A DNA stretch of 62,920 bases, the filler included, from Aduncisulcus paluster (lineage: Eukaryota), in the NCBI GenBank assembly GCA_024181965.1. It is 5 parts of 5 records of this genome, joined end to end, with 100 filler letters (N's around TTAATTAATTAA, not from the genome) between each part and the next. Parts side by side here need not be neighbours in the genome. Positions count along the whole stretch, not along the records: positions 21,418 to 41,055 come from BQXS01009953.1; positions 41,156 to 57,402 come from BQXS01009954.1; 3 more parts are not named here. One strand, written 5' to 3'. Positions 36,501 through 44,569 of this stretch are shown here, piece by piece. The notes under the pieces were generated by a model. It ran no database searches. It was not told the DNA's origin and was given only the letters and a program-made list of their open reading frames with translations. The position numbers and the translations under genes were made by a program. Numbering within the stretch: position 1 is the stretch's first letter; the number at the start of each line of letters is the position of its first letter.

Positions 36501-37784
36501 AACAAATTTAAACAGACCAAGAGCTTGATATTGTCAATGGTGTCACCTGATCTGCTATCATGTCGTAATCTTGAGCTTGTTGCACCCGGAGGATATTCCC
36601 CCTTCCTTCCTGCCATTCGAATTAATCGATTCCACCCAATTTTGAGTGTGATCTCTTCAAAACAGCGTCCTAGACGTCTGTTGATCAACGGAGATGATGG
36701 TGCTAGTTATGCCTATCTCTTAAAGGGCCACGAGGATTTGAGGCTTGACGAGAGAGCCATGCAACTGTTTGGTTTGATTAATGTTCTGTTGAGTGCAGAC
36801 AGAAGGTGCAGTAAGCGTGATCTCGTTATCACTTCATATTCCTCTGTCCCTCTTTCGCCCAATAGTGGTATTCTTTCGTGGGTTCCTCAGACAGATACCA
36901 TCCATTCCCTCATTGAGATGAATCGGACTGCTCGTCGATGGTCGCATGATGTCGAGGCAAGGGTCATGAACAAGGAGTGCCATGAGTATAGAATTGTCAC
37001 ACTGAACCAGAGAATTGAGGCCATTAAAGATGTACATAGGGAAACCCCCGGGACTGATATTCGTGATATGATGTGGTTACGTGCTCCTTCATCACAACAA
37101 TGGTTCCTTCGTAGGACAAATTATACACATACTCTTGCTTTAACATCAATGGTTGGGTATGTTATCGGACTCGGAGATCGGCATCCGGCCAATATTATGG
37201 TTCATCGTGTGAGTGGTCGTGTTCTCCATATCGATTATGGTGATACCTTTGAAGTTGCAATGGAGCGTGCCAACTTCCCAGAGCGCATTCCTTTCCGTCT
37301 CACTCGTGTTCTTGTAAAGGGTCTGGACATTGGAGGTATATACGGTGCCTTCAAAATTACTTGCGAGCTTAGTATGATTTTATTGCGACGATCTAGAGAT
37401 TCCTTGATTTCTATGTTGCAAGCCTTTGTGTATGATCCCCTTTTGACATGGGTAACTGAAGAAGAAAAGAAGAGGGATAAAAGCTCAAGTCGCGATGAGA
37501 GAGGTAAAACTACAACGAAAAAAGGAGATCCTTTGAAACCTGAGCAACCTGAGGATGAAGTGAATTCCCTCCTTGGTAGTAATGGTGGTGAGGTGAGAAA
37601 TATCCGTGCTTTGAAGATTTTGGATAGAATCAAAGCAAAACTCAGTGGAAAAGATTTCTTTGATGCATCTCGATGCAATTCAGAAGTTTTGTCTGCTGAA
37701 AATCAAGTTTTGAAGCTTATTGCTCAAGCCACAAACATGGAGAATATCTGTGCCTGTTATTGGGGATGGTGTGCTCATTTGTGA
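27570..37784 (+). CDS. TOR: Target of rapamycin kinase (HEAT-FAT-FRB-PIKK-FATC), about 3343 aa after removing a gap-flanking duplication
   Basis: Motifs CYAYAKALHYQE, ESYNRSY, WLLVTPQIIAR, HPQSLVYPLAV, SSKQRPRR, YLLKGHEDLRLDERAMQLFGLIN, GLGDRHPAN, HIDYGD, FPERIPFRLTR, AFVYDPL, and FATC ENICACYWGWC. Confidence 0.96.
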   Translation: MLFDDDIGKFLASNLSEKELTEISKMYGIRMKHPLDFAFPDPMDVATSKKIFERALNNLTNPAKGKSGPPYRVIACLIISALLSPAKLSFASHYATSFQLIIWTPILDPKPEVRQAGYQVVRSVFKCIQAMNKLDTQPHINVILKTLTNLYKRRDRKKHETHGALLVTKELFRWQHPPHLLLNQSHVLTEVVLSHCQSKHGFVREEVLCILPIIAKFYADNDLVQPYNFLNHVLNFILSSLRSGNLTRSKMLNALGDIAMTVGEEIGAFVKIIIDDAILSSLPVPGSSSTFSTQSINDALLCLSKLSVACPIALNKNKLMFRGILNTIFHTPFSYELVSTLANIASHMPPHLHFIQINLLNVISVTLCGVLLKFVHTDIVDSEEIQSQWDVEANRSGRESKRRRALREVRAGISLDHPSKVHGPSPIISTPGGTGTPLPLSSSSLSLLSGGTGGAHDSSAVSVSSRSSGSHDDIFTPGGSMLGRPRRSSLSSRWSGSSVTFGSGSKLSNSERVRRKAIEQGERRRKERVKKELEKMHGKDSTASPTLSDSRAKTSGNASSSSSSSSTSASVASSSSTIKPSKNQQLVATLDSSLKSQQGFLSDGRTRDLCIFSDISSLSTLVKNATASHTSSQLQTHTKMIILALQTLTQFPFNHSVSLTDFCADVVVTYLDHPNPLIRQLAAQACLRLAVRKGKETPTVGYQSLLVSEILARVLIVGVSDLCVHVREKIITALSQRYDALLAQEELLSTLVTGLQDENTNVRAWVIFVCGRLLHHNPTHIIPPLRRLVMFVLNEIELASSMSAKTNAAKLLGIITSSAPSVVQPYLQVVLSTLPSVIPASFSSSHLTPVQQREEEALVVAVTQCIEIICKTCDMEIVLLHFIPSVVPYLISLLRDKANKPHKKIHALKTLTAVFECIGTATEPYVQFSHLLPLLLAILKRETSPHIKSEILRLLGTLGALSPVAVQRLEEGEDFSTSRAVLSAGGFSVDLSAIVEQVGSGDGAVFLTQHSLTRSAADDAERRRGRGQNSHGGATSSSYSASSSRSPSDPTLNPSLLSSTPPFSSSTSHITDRVNEIQDLMIQGVLTGVNTRGRGDTESGSRCGLRMAPLRENIRVQREGRRNYEDKILKSGKHHDLTIAQEVAQSKHKQYIPEHQRRIADRPATLIDISAEDEDYVPLIHPHTRSLLFYNRNRETQLLRRIKDDNPQEVAPLTNPSLVGDTNIHSDVLHSVLAVLSDASLYPFHTSAVECVGALVCVMDENNLKHHMTELLDKIGEMLKGGRRTDIEEQPAQIGEKKGSKNANATSTGANSSSSPSLTISLFDCFTLIVHTTKHAVRPHLEWLFECTTNYWPSVEHAADLSSSSKLLELYHLLAFVEEISVSIADDFRMVLPWVLPRLLGVINVDRVCAGIVTSHGKSASTHAHSFAAAQAVLKTIRVIGVHLGEYVHIVLSNVIDEVSIVPGRLSNTSLRLEALYTTEYLVRALNLSQYVSRITVPICRMLDSCVCVTKGRFMIQGSGYSSSGSVSGASSTWGGFDSSAQTVEDDRLIQMSSNKMFNFGHDYSTSCAPSSAKPISPSDLHLLGINQVRLNKLVAAGINVLFALMQRVGVPFSIFIPTVNSVMVRVKEAFSVSAVMWRYERCVEKILREEHVKNTGPSCSAAGFPQIFGALNLVNPVTSSSFLSSPAASVVSVCIGGEYGDEDQDEAGVISNGIRVRVGEGGYINLSQPHLKEMVQVNWNVETCTTVHDWHSWFNQLSLTLLASSPSLALRAVSNLARFPDTHLSRSLFQISFTILYKYNDKRVQTLLLAHVMRVLQSDNIPPEYRQLLLDLIEHLERECVITKYKFKMLSELSLKCYAYAKALHYQEACFDQEPNIQMGERLIHTFTQLGQRSAAVGVLALLQRKYKDVGSFTTHTEKWFEKLGAWDNALVQYNKHIGSLLEEGSGMTGVDISKKSTDGETSQTTGIKEKNKSSAEGKHPLPASMSPLGSSIDASVSTPDLGSGKTPVPLCFTHYQSTRLLPLLMGRLRCLEGLGLWKEALATTQDALALPHSPSHHTELALHGAHCAFNVSDWSTLSLYTPHIPSNTVQGMFYRCVCAVCLGNYQSALKLIQRTRSMLEMRICGVLSESYNRSYGDLVINQQLVELEEIIEFNVHSQHARNERDMDLDGGEEEVVLKRRKRLERVWEQRLIGCERNTNVWTQLLSVRQLLDVGEPTIGVDSPLAQGDSERHAERVSPKIEEIASTTDLHSTANLSRTDSSPANLVPSTSLTTFENTPTSISSPGMSIASSLTSPGSNLSVHSHTIDTEQYIPWIAFSSLSRQDGKEKLARNILIHLIGEEPWAKSYEGERYLLENGGRIVSPSCTRGGGSTCDSGSLHRSSPHLSLSATPSPSPPPTFMFCHPLGAPMPFATHRHTALVAYCNHLWEVGERWMGYELLHGLIVSGGKSERVEEVRSEVVDFFMNNVKVVKEQIDDEAPSDDTFLPTFDVPPLAPSLPSASTMISPRGNAEERRGTLDGRIFYNQAEMEDEDILSIHGSDQQVSNQXXXXXXXLAPSLPSASTMISPRGNAEERRGTLDGRIFYNQAEMEDEDILSIHGSDQQVSNQQPDVTLTTPPFPFASSKSFSSISNSLAPALSASALLMFGDWSIVLAKEGYFDEEETRGHALELYEEATSVCRESTYAWRRVAYTCVKLSEFKAKTLRTLSQAKPDSKDAFDTHLANQQRKTLIEKELDRLLSKAIYALLQSISLEHRAGKQEGSLPDVLCLLNIWFEYGTYSGVEMAVIRSFSVISPDLWLLVTPQIIARIDCGHLKHLVRELLISLGSVHPQSLVYPLAVTSKSQRLGRQDDSLSIIDRIRRGYTTLVDQALLVSEELVRVSVLFEERWSGLLDRTNNRLAQNVSVPDMNDFVSSLVPLQASLDEVAETPAEDYFIKDFRPLLDEAFIYIRKFLVNGQKADFNTAWNKYTHINKLLGNKFKQTKSLILSMVSPDLLSCRNLELVAPGGYSPFLPAIRINRFHPILSVISSKQRPRRLLINGDDGASYAYLLKGHEDLRLDERAMQLFGLINVLLSADRRCSKRDLVITSYSSVPLSPNSGILSWVPQTDTIHSLIEMNRTARRWSHDVEARVMNKECHEYRIVTLNQRIEAIKDVHRETPGTDIRDMMWLRAPSSQQWFLRRTNYTHTLALTSMVGYVIGLGDRHPANIMVHRVSGRVLHIDYGDTFEVAMERANFPERIPFRLTRVLVKGLDIGGIYGAFKITCELSMILLRRSRDSLISMLQAFVYDPLLTWVTEEEKKRDKSSSRDERGKTTTKKGDPLKPEQPEDEVNSLLGSNGGEVRNIRALKILDRIKAKLSGKDFFDASRCNSEVLSAENQVLKLIAQATNMENICACYWGWCAHL
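35052..35397. other. Scaffolding artefact: 163 bp duplicated either side of a 20-N gap
   Basis: 35052-35214 is identical to 35235-35397. The net +183 nt keeps TOR in frame. Confidence 0.9.
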
Positions 37785-38088
37785 GTGAAATGGTATGCAC
37801 ACTATTATTAGCACTGATTAACCGGAACGCTCTTACTTTTTGAGCATTTAGATATTCTTCTAAACGCAATTTTATATGGGCATGAAAAAGATCGAATCGT
37901 GATGATCAGACTCTCAACCGTAGAGAGTTACACCGTAAGAGGGAGAGTTACTCCAATCGGCAAGTGAATACGAATAGACAAATGCAAGATGTTTTAGAAT
38001 AAAGGCTTTACTTTTTGTGAACATGAAACATTCCAAGATTACGTAAATATAACACGTTTTGAGACCATCGTCTTCACGTGAAACATTG

Positions 38089-38622
38089 TTACAGTATCAT
38101 ACAACATCCAGAAGTATCACGACAGAAAAAAATCCCGTTTAAATGATTTTGTGTGAGGTCACCATTCCATGTAGAAATGATCTCAATTTTACAAGAAATA
38201 ACTGGGGTAATCAGTTCAAGGGGGAATCGTTGCCAAAAGTAATGTTGAGAATCACGCTTTTCCATCCGGAACCTATGAACAATAGTCTGTTCCCCACAAC
38301 ACAGTTTTTCACAACAGAACGTAATCTTGAAGTCTTTGATCCCATGTGGCCAACTATGTTGGCTTACATAGAACGACTCGAGAAATTCTGATTCAACAAA
38401 TGGAAGGAACAATTGAGATTCGAAGGAAAAATGTCTTTTCCCTTGTAGGAACTTTTCTAATTCCCTCTCTCCTTCGGAAAATTTAGGATTTAAGTTCCCA
38501 AGAGCTTTGCTCTCATCAATTTTGGCCACACGAGGATCATCAGGTTCATATGGGGCTTTTCCAAAAAGAGAGTCCCCACACTTTTTCCCAAGATCAACAA
38601 CAGTTTTACCAATTATCGGCAT
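38089..38622 (-). CDS. Stand-alone unnamed beta-rich domain protein ending in a CaaX box (GCCMIL)
   Basis: 177 aa. Shares IIGK, LFLPF, HSWPHGIKDF, HYFWQRFP and VISCKIEIISTW with the adjacent array. It ends C-M-I-L-stop with an upstream Cys. Confidence 0.8.
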   Translation of the reverse strand: MPIIGKTVVDLGKKCGDSLFGKAPYEPDDPRVAKIDESKALGNLNPKFSEGERELEKFLQGKRHFSFESQLFLPFVESEFLESFYVSQHSWPHGIKDFKITFCCEKLCCGEQTIVHRFRMEKRDSQHYFWQRFPLELITPVISCKIEIISTWNGDLTQNHLNGIFFCRDTSGCCMIL

Positions 38623-38895
38623 TGTATATCAAGCGTATAAATATATTGTGCAAGGAAAAAACAGAAATAGTTTCTGAATCTTGCAACCATCCCAAAAATA
38701 GAAATGTGAGGGCCAATCTCAAGTTAATCTCTCCAGGCCGCATATAACAATCGTATTAGTTGTAAGACACACGAAAATGAGTTGTTTTAGAAAATAATAA
38801 TCGGAAATAAACCATTAATATCGCAGTGAAACGTCAAAATTCAAAGAAATGAGGATCAAAGAAATGATCAATATTTTGATCATCAAGATCAACTT

Positions 38896-39471
38896 CTACA
38901 ACCATGGCAACATCGACAATCGTTCAATGGTTGCAAGTTCATGCTCTTTAGTGGCTAAAATTATCTCTCGCTTCTTGTCAATCACAAATCGAATGGCTTG
39001 CAAATTAATAAAATCTTGTTTTCCATCCCATGACGATATAACATGAATATCACAAGAAATAACATTATCAAGATCTATAGGGAATTCTTGCCAGAAATAA
39101 TGATCTGGAGGCATCTCCCCCATTTGATATTCTTTTGTAATCTTCTTTCCATTAGATGTTGTGAATGTAGCATCGAAATCTTTGATTCCATATGGCCAAT
39201 TATGATGACTTACAAGAAACTTACTGAGATAATATGGTGTAAGAAATGGAAGATGTAAATTGGGAAAGAAATAGATGTATTCTTGACCTCTTAAGAACTT
39301 CAATAAAAAAGAATGCTTATAACGACTATGATAATCCCCATATGCTTTGAATCCATCGATTTCAGATAGATCTGGATGACCAACAGGGTAGGGGCCTTTA
39401 AACACTTTCTCAAAGTCAAACAATCCATCACATCCAAGAATATCTAGAATACATTTGCCAATAATTCTCAT
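38896..39471 (-). CDS. Tandem-array member A of the unnamed domain family (ends ELATIERLSMLPWL)
   Basis: Likely ATG start MRIIGK at 39471 (or 39474). Paralogous to 39872-40432. Confidence 0.85.
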   Translation of the reverse strand: MRIIGKCILDILGCDGLFDFEKVFKGPYPVGHPDLSEIDGFKAYGDYHSRYKHSFLLKFLRGQEYIYFFPNLHLPFLTPYYLSKFLVSHHNWPYGIKDFDATFTTSNGKKITKEYQMGEMPPDHYFWQEFPIDLDNVISCDIHVISSWDGKQDFINLQAIRFVIDKKREIILATKEHELATIERLSMLPWL

Positions 39472-39871
39472 CATACACAATAACACAACTATAGTTTATC
39501 CAATATCAAATTAAATAATAGAATAATAAACACCAATAACCTTCCAATTGCAAGGAAAAACACAATTTTACAATTGTCTTGGAACAGAACAATAATATCC
39601 AAAATCGATGTTTCTTATCATTATTATTATACACACGTGATAATAAATTATTTATTTTGTAAACACATTTGTTCTCCAAATAAGGCGTACTCAGACATTG
39701 TTGACATTATTGACAATACAGCGATATAAACATGAAAGTGACAATATACACATGGTATCCATCATATCTCAAGACATGACAGGAAGTAATGGTTCATACA
39801 ATACAACATTTGTATGTTTGCTAGAAGAGGTTATAAATATTCAATCATGGCTGTAACGAAAGAAAGATATT

Positions 39872-40432
39872 CTATAACCATGGAAGCATCGATAATCGTT
39901 CAATGGTTGCAAGTTCATGCTCTTTGGCGGCTTTCTTTTTCTCTTGCTTCTTGTCAATCACGAATCGAATGCCATACAAATAAATAAAATCTTGTTTTCC
40001 ATCCAGCGTTGATATAACATGAATATCACAAGAAATAACATTATCAATATCTATAGGAAACTCTTGCCAGAAATAATGGTACGATGGCATCTCTCCCATT
40101 TGGTATTCTTTTGTAATCTTCTTGCCATCAGATGTTGTGAATGTGGCATTGAAATCTTTGATTCCATGAGGAAAACTATGATGACTAACAAGCAACTTAC
40201 TGAGATAATGTCGTAAATTAAATGGAAGATGTAAATTGGGATAGAAAAAGATCGAATCTTTACCTCTTACGAATTGCAATAATCTAGAATGATTATGACC
40301 ATGATGATAATCCCCATATGCTTTGGATCCGTCAATTTCAGATAGATCTGGATGACCAGTAGGGTAGGGGCCTTTGTACAGTTTGCCCCAATCAAATCTA
40401 AAATCTTCAATGCATTTGCCAATAATTCTCAT
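39872..40432 (-). CDS. Tandem-array member B of the unnamed domain family
   Basis: MRIIGK...ELATIERLSMLPWL; about 76% identical to member A by manual alignment. Confidence 0.85.
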   Translation of the reverse strand: MRIIGKCIEDFRFDWGKLYKGPYPTGHPDLSEIDGSKAYGDYHHGHNHSRLLQFVRGKDSIFFYPNLHLPFNLRHYLSKLLVSHHSFPHGIKDFNATFTTSDGKKITKEYQMGEMPSYHYFWQEFPIDIDNVISCDIHVISTLDGKQDFIYLYGIRFVIDKKQEKKKAAKEHELATIERLSMLPWL

Positions 40433-40826
40433 CACAAACAATAACACAACTATGGATTATCTAATATCAAATTAAATAATAGAATAATAAACACAAATAA
40501 CCTTCCAATTGCAAGGAAAAGCACGTTTTTATAATTGTCTTGGAACAGAACAATAATATCCAAAATCGATGTTTCTTATCATTATTAATATGCATACATG
40601 ATAATAAATCATTTATTTTGTAAACACATTTGTTCTCCAAATAAGGCGTACTCAGACATTGTTGACATTATTGACAATACAGCGATATAAACATGAAAGT
40701 GACAATATACACATGGTATCCATCATATCTCAAGACATGACAGGAAGTAATGGTTCATACAATATGATTGTTATCAGGAAAGAAGTTGTATTCAATCCTT
40801 GTGGAAACGATGATATGAAGGATCAG

Positions 40827-41055
40827 CTATAACCACGGCAACATCGATAATCGTTCAATGGTTGCAAGTTCAGCTTTCGTTTTCTCTTGTTAGGTCATAT
40901 TCCATAGCCTTCTTCTTTTCTTGTTCTTTATCAATCACGAATCGAATGGCTTGCAAAAAAATGTTTCTTTGTTTTCCATCCCACGACGATATAACATGAA
41001 TATCACAAGAAATAACATTATCAATATCTATCGGGAACTCTTGCCAGAAATGATG
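40827..41055 (-). pseudogene. Tandem-array member C, 5'-truncated by the contig end, with a frameshift before the conserved tail
   Basis: Reads HHFWQEFPIDIDNVISCDIHVISSWDGKQRNIFLQAIRFVIDKEQEKKKAMEYDLTRENES, with TGA at 40872-40870. The ELATIERLSMLPWL tail lies in the +1 frame, ending at TAG 40829-40827. Confidence 0.7.
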
Positions 41056-41155
41056 NNNNNNNNNNNNNNNNNNNNNNNNNNNNNNNNNNNNNNNNNNNNT
41101 TAATTAATTAANNNNNNNNNNNNNNNNNNNNNNNNNNNNNNNNNNNNNNNNNNNN
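41056..41155. other. Artificial contig-joining linker
   Basis: N44-TTAATTAATTAA-N44. Confidence 0.97.
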
Positions 41156-41157
41156 GT

Positions 41158-42546
41158 CCTGTTTCTGATGATCTTGGTTTGTGCAGTGGATCTTCTCGTG
41201 GAACATGTGATGCTGCCACCCATACATGTGTGTGTGAGTCTGGGTATTATGGCTCAGCATGCAACCTTTATTGTGATAATTTGTCAAGATGTGGTCTGCA
41301 TGGTCAATGTGCTGTTGGTGATCTCTCTTCAGATTCTTCTGAGACTTCCTCTTCTGAGACATTGTATTGTGAATGTGATGCTGGTTGGTATGGGTCAACA
41401 TGTTCTTCCCAATATCCTGTTGAGACTGTTGAGTATGTGAATGATGATGATGAAACAAACCCGACGATCGTTGATTACGTGTGTGGAGTTAATTACTCTA
41501 CAAATCCATCTTCATCATATTCAGCCGATGGAATCTATTCATCAGACACTGACACATATTCGTGTGACTGTTCCTCCTATGGTCTCATCACTGATGCATC
41601 CACATCCACATGCATTGATCCTGCGACTCACCCTGAATACAAGGACATTGCTGGAAATGACACTGCTTGCTTGACCTGTGGCACAACCACGGATAGTCAT
41701 GGCATATGTGTTCTTGGTGAAGGAGAAGATAGTCTCACAGCCATGTGTCAGTGTGAGTATGGATGGGGAAATTTTGATGATAGTACATCCATCTCATGCT
41801 CTTATGACATGTGTGGAGTAACTGCCGATTCTTACTCTGAAAGTAGCGAAGATCCATCCTCTTTGTGTTCATCTCATGGAATGTGCAATTCATATACTTA
41901 TGCCGATTCCAATGCATTAAATATTCAATATGGATGCATGTGTGATATTGGCTGGAACGGTATGATGTGTGATGAAGAAGATAATAATTCATTGAAAATA
42001 TTTGTGTGGATTTCTGTAATCGTATTATTAATTTCGATTGGATTTAGCATTCTTGGATTTACGTTTTGGTTCCGTCTAAGAAAAAAGAATCTAACCACAG
42101 TGAATGCCTGGAGTCCAAGTAATTCTTCACTCGTCATTCCTTCTGATTTTGCTGAGAGTACACCAACTGTTGTACAGGTCAGAGATGACCCTTCCTTGCA
42201 TGAATCTTTGTCAACTACTCTTGAAACTTCGAGCTATGTGACTGTCAAAAGGAGAAAGAAAGTATCTGATTCAAAGGAAGAAAAAGAAAAGAAAAAGGTT
42301 GAAATCAAATCAAAAAAGAAGAAAAAGAAAGAAAAGAAGCCAAAGAAGAGCAAGAAAAGAAAGAGAGAGCTTGATCACCAAGAACAAAATGAATTCGAAG
42401 GAGAAGACGACGGTAAAGAAGTGGAATTAGAGATGTCAAAGAAAGAAGATATTACAAAATCAAAAAAGGAGAAGCTAAAGAAAAAAAGGAAAGGGAAATC
42501 CAAACCCAAACATAAGTTAAAACCCATTGATTCTCCACATGAATAG
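41158..42546 (+). CDS. Cys-rich EGF/tenascin-like repeat single-pass membrane protein (5'-partial)
   Basis: Repeated CxCxxG(W/Y)xGxxC motifs (CVCESGYYGSAC, CECDAGWYGSTC, CMCDIGWNGMMC), a hydrophobic helix IFVWISVIVLLISIGFSILGFTFWF followed by RLRKK, and a Lys-rich tail. Confidence 0.85.
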   Translation, partial: PVSDDLGLCSGSSRGTCDAATHTCVCESGYYGSACNLYCDNLSRCGLHGQCAVGDLSSDSSETSSSETLYCECDAGWYGSTCSSQYPVETVEYVNDDDETNPTIVDYVCGVNYSTNPSSSYSADGIYSSDTDTYSCDCSSYGLITDASTSTCIDPATHPEYKDIAGNDTACLTCGTTTDSHGICVLGEGEDSLTAMCQCEYGWGNFDDSTSISCSYDMCGVTADSYSESSEDPSSLCSSHGMCNSYTYADSNALNIQYGCMCDIGWNGMMCDEEDNNSLKIFVWISVIVLLISIGFSILGFTFWFRLRKKNLTTVNAWSPSNSSLVIPSDFAESTPTVVQVRDDPSLHESLSTTLETSSYVTVKRRKKVSDSKEEKEKKKVEIKSKKKKKKEKKPKKSKKRKRELDHQEQNEFEGEDDGKEVELEMSKKEDITKSKKEKLKKKRKGKSKPKHKLKPIDSPHE

Positions 42547-42989
42547 TGAGTCATTCAAAAAACCAAGATCAATGGGGAACGTGGGTTTACACATTCGTTT
42601 TTATAATGATACTTAATAGACATTTTATTGTTGATTCCTTCTTAGCAATGTGATTGGATTATATCCAAGAACATCGTGTTCTAAAAATGATTTTTCCAAA
42701 CCTAATCATCTTTTGTCCAACTTTCATATGATTGAGTTTTGTGTAATTTTTATTTTAATGGTTGTAAATTTCTCGTCAATTGCTGTTTTTTTTATATTGT
42801 ATCCCCCAATTTGGAAAAATGGCTGAACTCGGTGAGTTTTGAATAAATTTAAATTTTAAAGCCATAAATTTTCCATGTTTTTTTAGAAAGTATTCTATTT
42901 TGTTTTGATTTTCTGCAAAATATATTCCATATGATTCTATAGCAATGAATTGCTTTCTTTTGCGCATTGCTAAGTACTATATCTACGTT

Positions 42990-43958
42990 ATGGCATTTGG
43001 AAAGAAAAAGGATACTGATGCAACAAGAAAAGATCTTTCCTTATCTGCTATGGCAATAAGAAGTACTTCTACCTTTTCAAAAGTTAAATCTCCTGGTATG
43101 GGCTTATCCCTCCACCCTATGCCATCATCATCGAGTCATATGGATAAATCTGCTAGGTCTATTGGATTAAAAGAGTTAGGGACAGTTCCAACAGATAGAT
43201 TGCTGGGTAATGAATATTTACGCTGTATTTCTTCTCTTTTCTATGGAAAACCACTTTCTATATTTTTCAGATCGGCGAATGTATGTGATGAAAGTAATAA
43301 TATGTGTTGTTTTGGACGTGGTGGACGTAAGAAATGCACAAGATGTTGTCTCGCTCATAATCCTGTTTGTTGTTGTCCTCACCCCAAAATAATAGATTTA
43401 GCAAAAGTATATGATAGTGATGATTCCATGGCATCCATTTCGATGGAGCAATCTCTTGAGCTGGCTCATATATGTTCATTTCCTCGTGCAATTTATACTG
43501 TCAAAGGTCATTCGATTACTTGCACCCTTGTTTGCGATTATTTCAAAAGATCTCCTTCTAAATTGAATATTGATAATCCAGGAGATGGTAATAAGAGTTA
43601 TTTTATTGATAAAAAGGGCGATAAGGATGGATGTCATACTTCTGTTATTTTGACAGTTCGCGATGAAACTAAATCAATTAAAAGTGGCGGTATTCCCATT
43701 GTTTCTCTCATGAAAGATTGTGGAAGACTATATTTCAAGGGTTCTGATGATGCTATTGTTGCTGTATTAACATATAACAAACCCCATGACTCTGCTTGTT
43801 GTGGGGTGCCTCAAGGAAGAGTTCAGGTCATTTTCTCGCGCTGTTCCACGCAAATTAAGGCGATTATTATCGGGATTATGCCTTGGATTGTTGATGGAAT
43901 AACTGGATTGGAAGGAGATAGTGTCAAAGATAAGTATACGTCAACTATCGTGAAATAA
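42990..43958 (+). CDS. Cys-rich protein, possibly phospholipid scramblase/Tubby-C fold
   Basis: Cys clusters (CCFG..CTRCC..VCCCP; SACCG) and C-terminal VIFSRCSTQIKAIIIGIMPWIVD, resembling the scramblase F....D...KA...GA...ID helix. Likely start MAFGKKK. Confidence 0.45.
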   Translation: MAFGKKKDTDATRKDLSLSAMAIRSTSTFSKVKSPGMGLSLHPMPSSSSHMDKSARSIGLKELGTVPTDRLLGNEYLRCISSLFYGKPLSIFFRSANVCDESNNMCCFGRGGRKKCTRCCLAHNPVCCCPHPKIIDLAKVYDSDDSMASISMEQSLELAHICSFPRAIYTVKGHSITCTLVCDYFKRSPSKLNIDNPGDGNKSYFIDKKGDKDGCHTSVILTVRDETKSIKSGGIPIVSLMKDCGRLYFKGSDDAIVAVLTYNKPHDSACCGVPQGRVQVIFSRCSTQIKAIIIGIMPWIVDGITGLEGDSVKDKYTSTIVK

Positions 43959-44569
43959 TTAAATTATTTAGCAAAGAAAACTAAAAAAATGTGTGAATGA
44001 ATCATTATCATTCGAAAATTATTATTATTGTCGATTACTGAGTGATTTTTCGATTTTTTACACTTAAAATTATCATCTTGATTTTGCTAAATTTTTTTCT
44101 CAACTAAAACAAATTAGATTAACTTTTTTTGGTTGGTAATACCCATCAGGCTTAGCAAGCCTAGTATTTTCATGGTCCTATGACAATAACGACTGGATGA
44201 TCCCTTTTTATGACTTCTACTAGCAATCAATAGTATTGATTGGTTGTCATCCTTGAATTCTGATTCATTAAAATCATGAACGATCTTTTTCAAAAGAAGT
44301 TGAAACGTCTCAGGGAAAGACATCCATGAAAATTTTCATGATGAAAATAAATAGAGCCGATTGGAGAATAATTCATGTTTTTCTCTGTTCCTATTATAAT
44401 ATTAATACCATTAATATTAGTAATATTATAAGTTCAGTTCAGATGAAATAAAGACAGTGTCTTTAGACAGTGTCTTAGACACCAGATAATGTAGCGACAG
44501 TTTATTGATCCAAAGAATAAACTGATCAAACCCAACGGCACGAAATGAGGTTTGACATGGAAATAGTTC

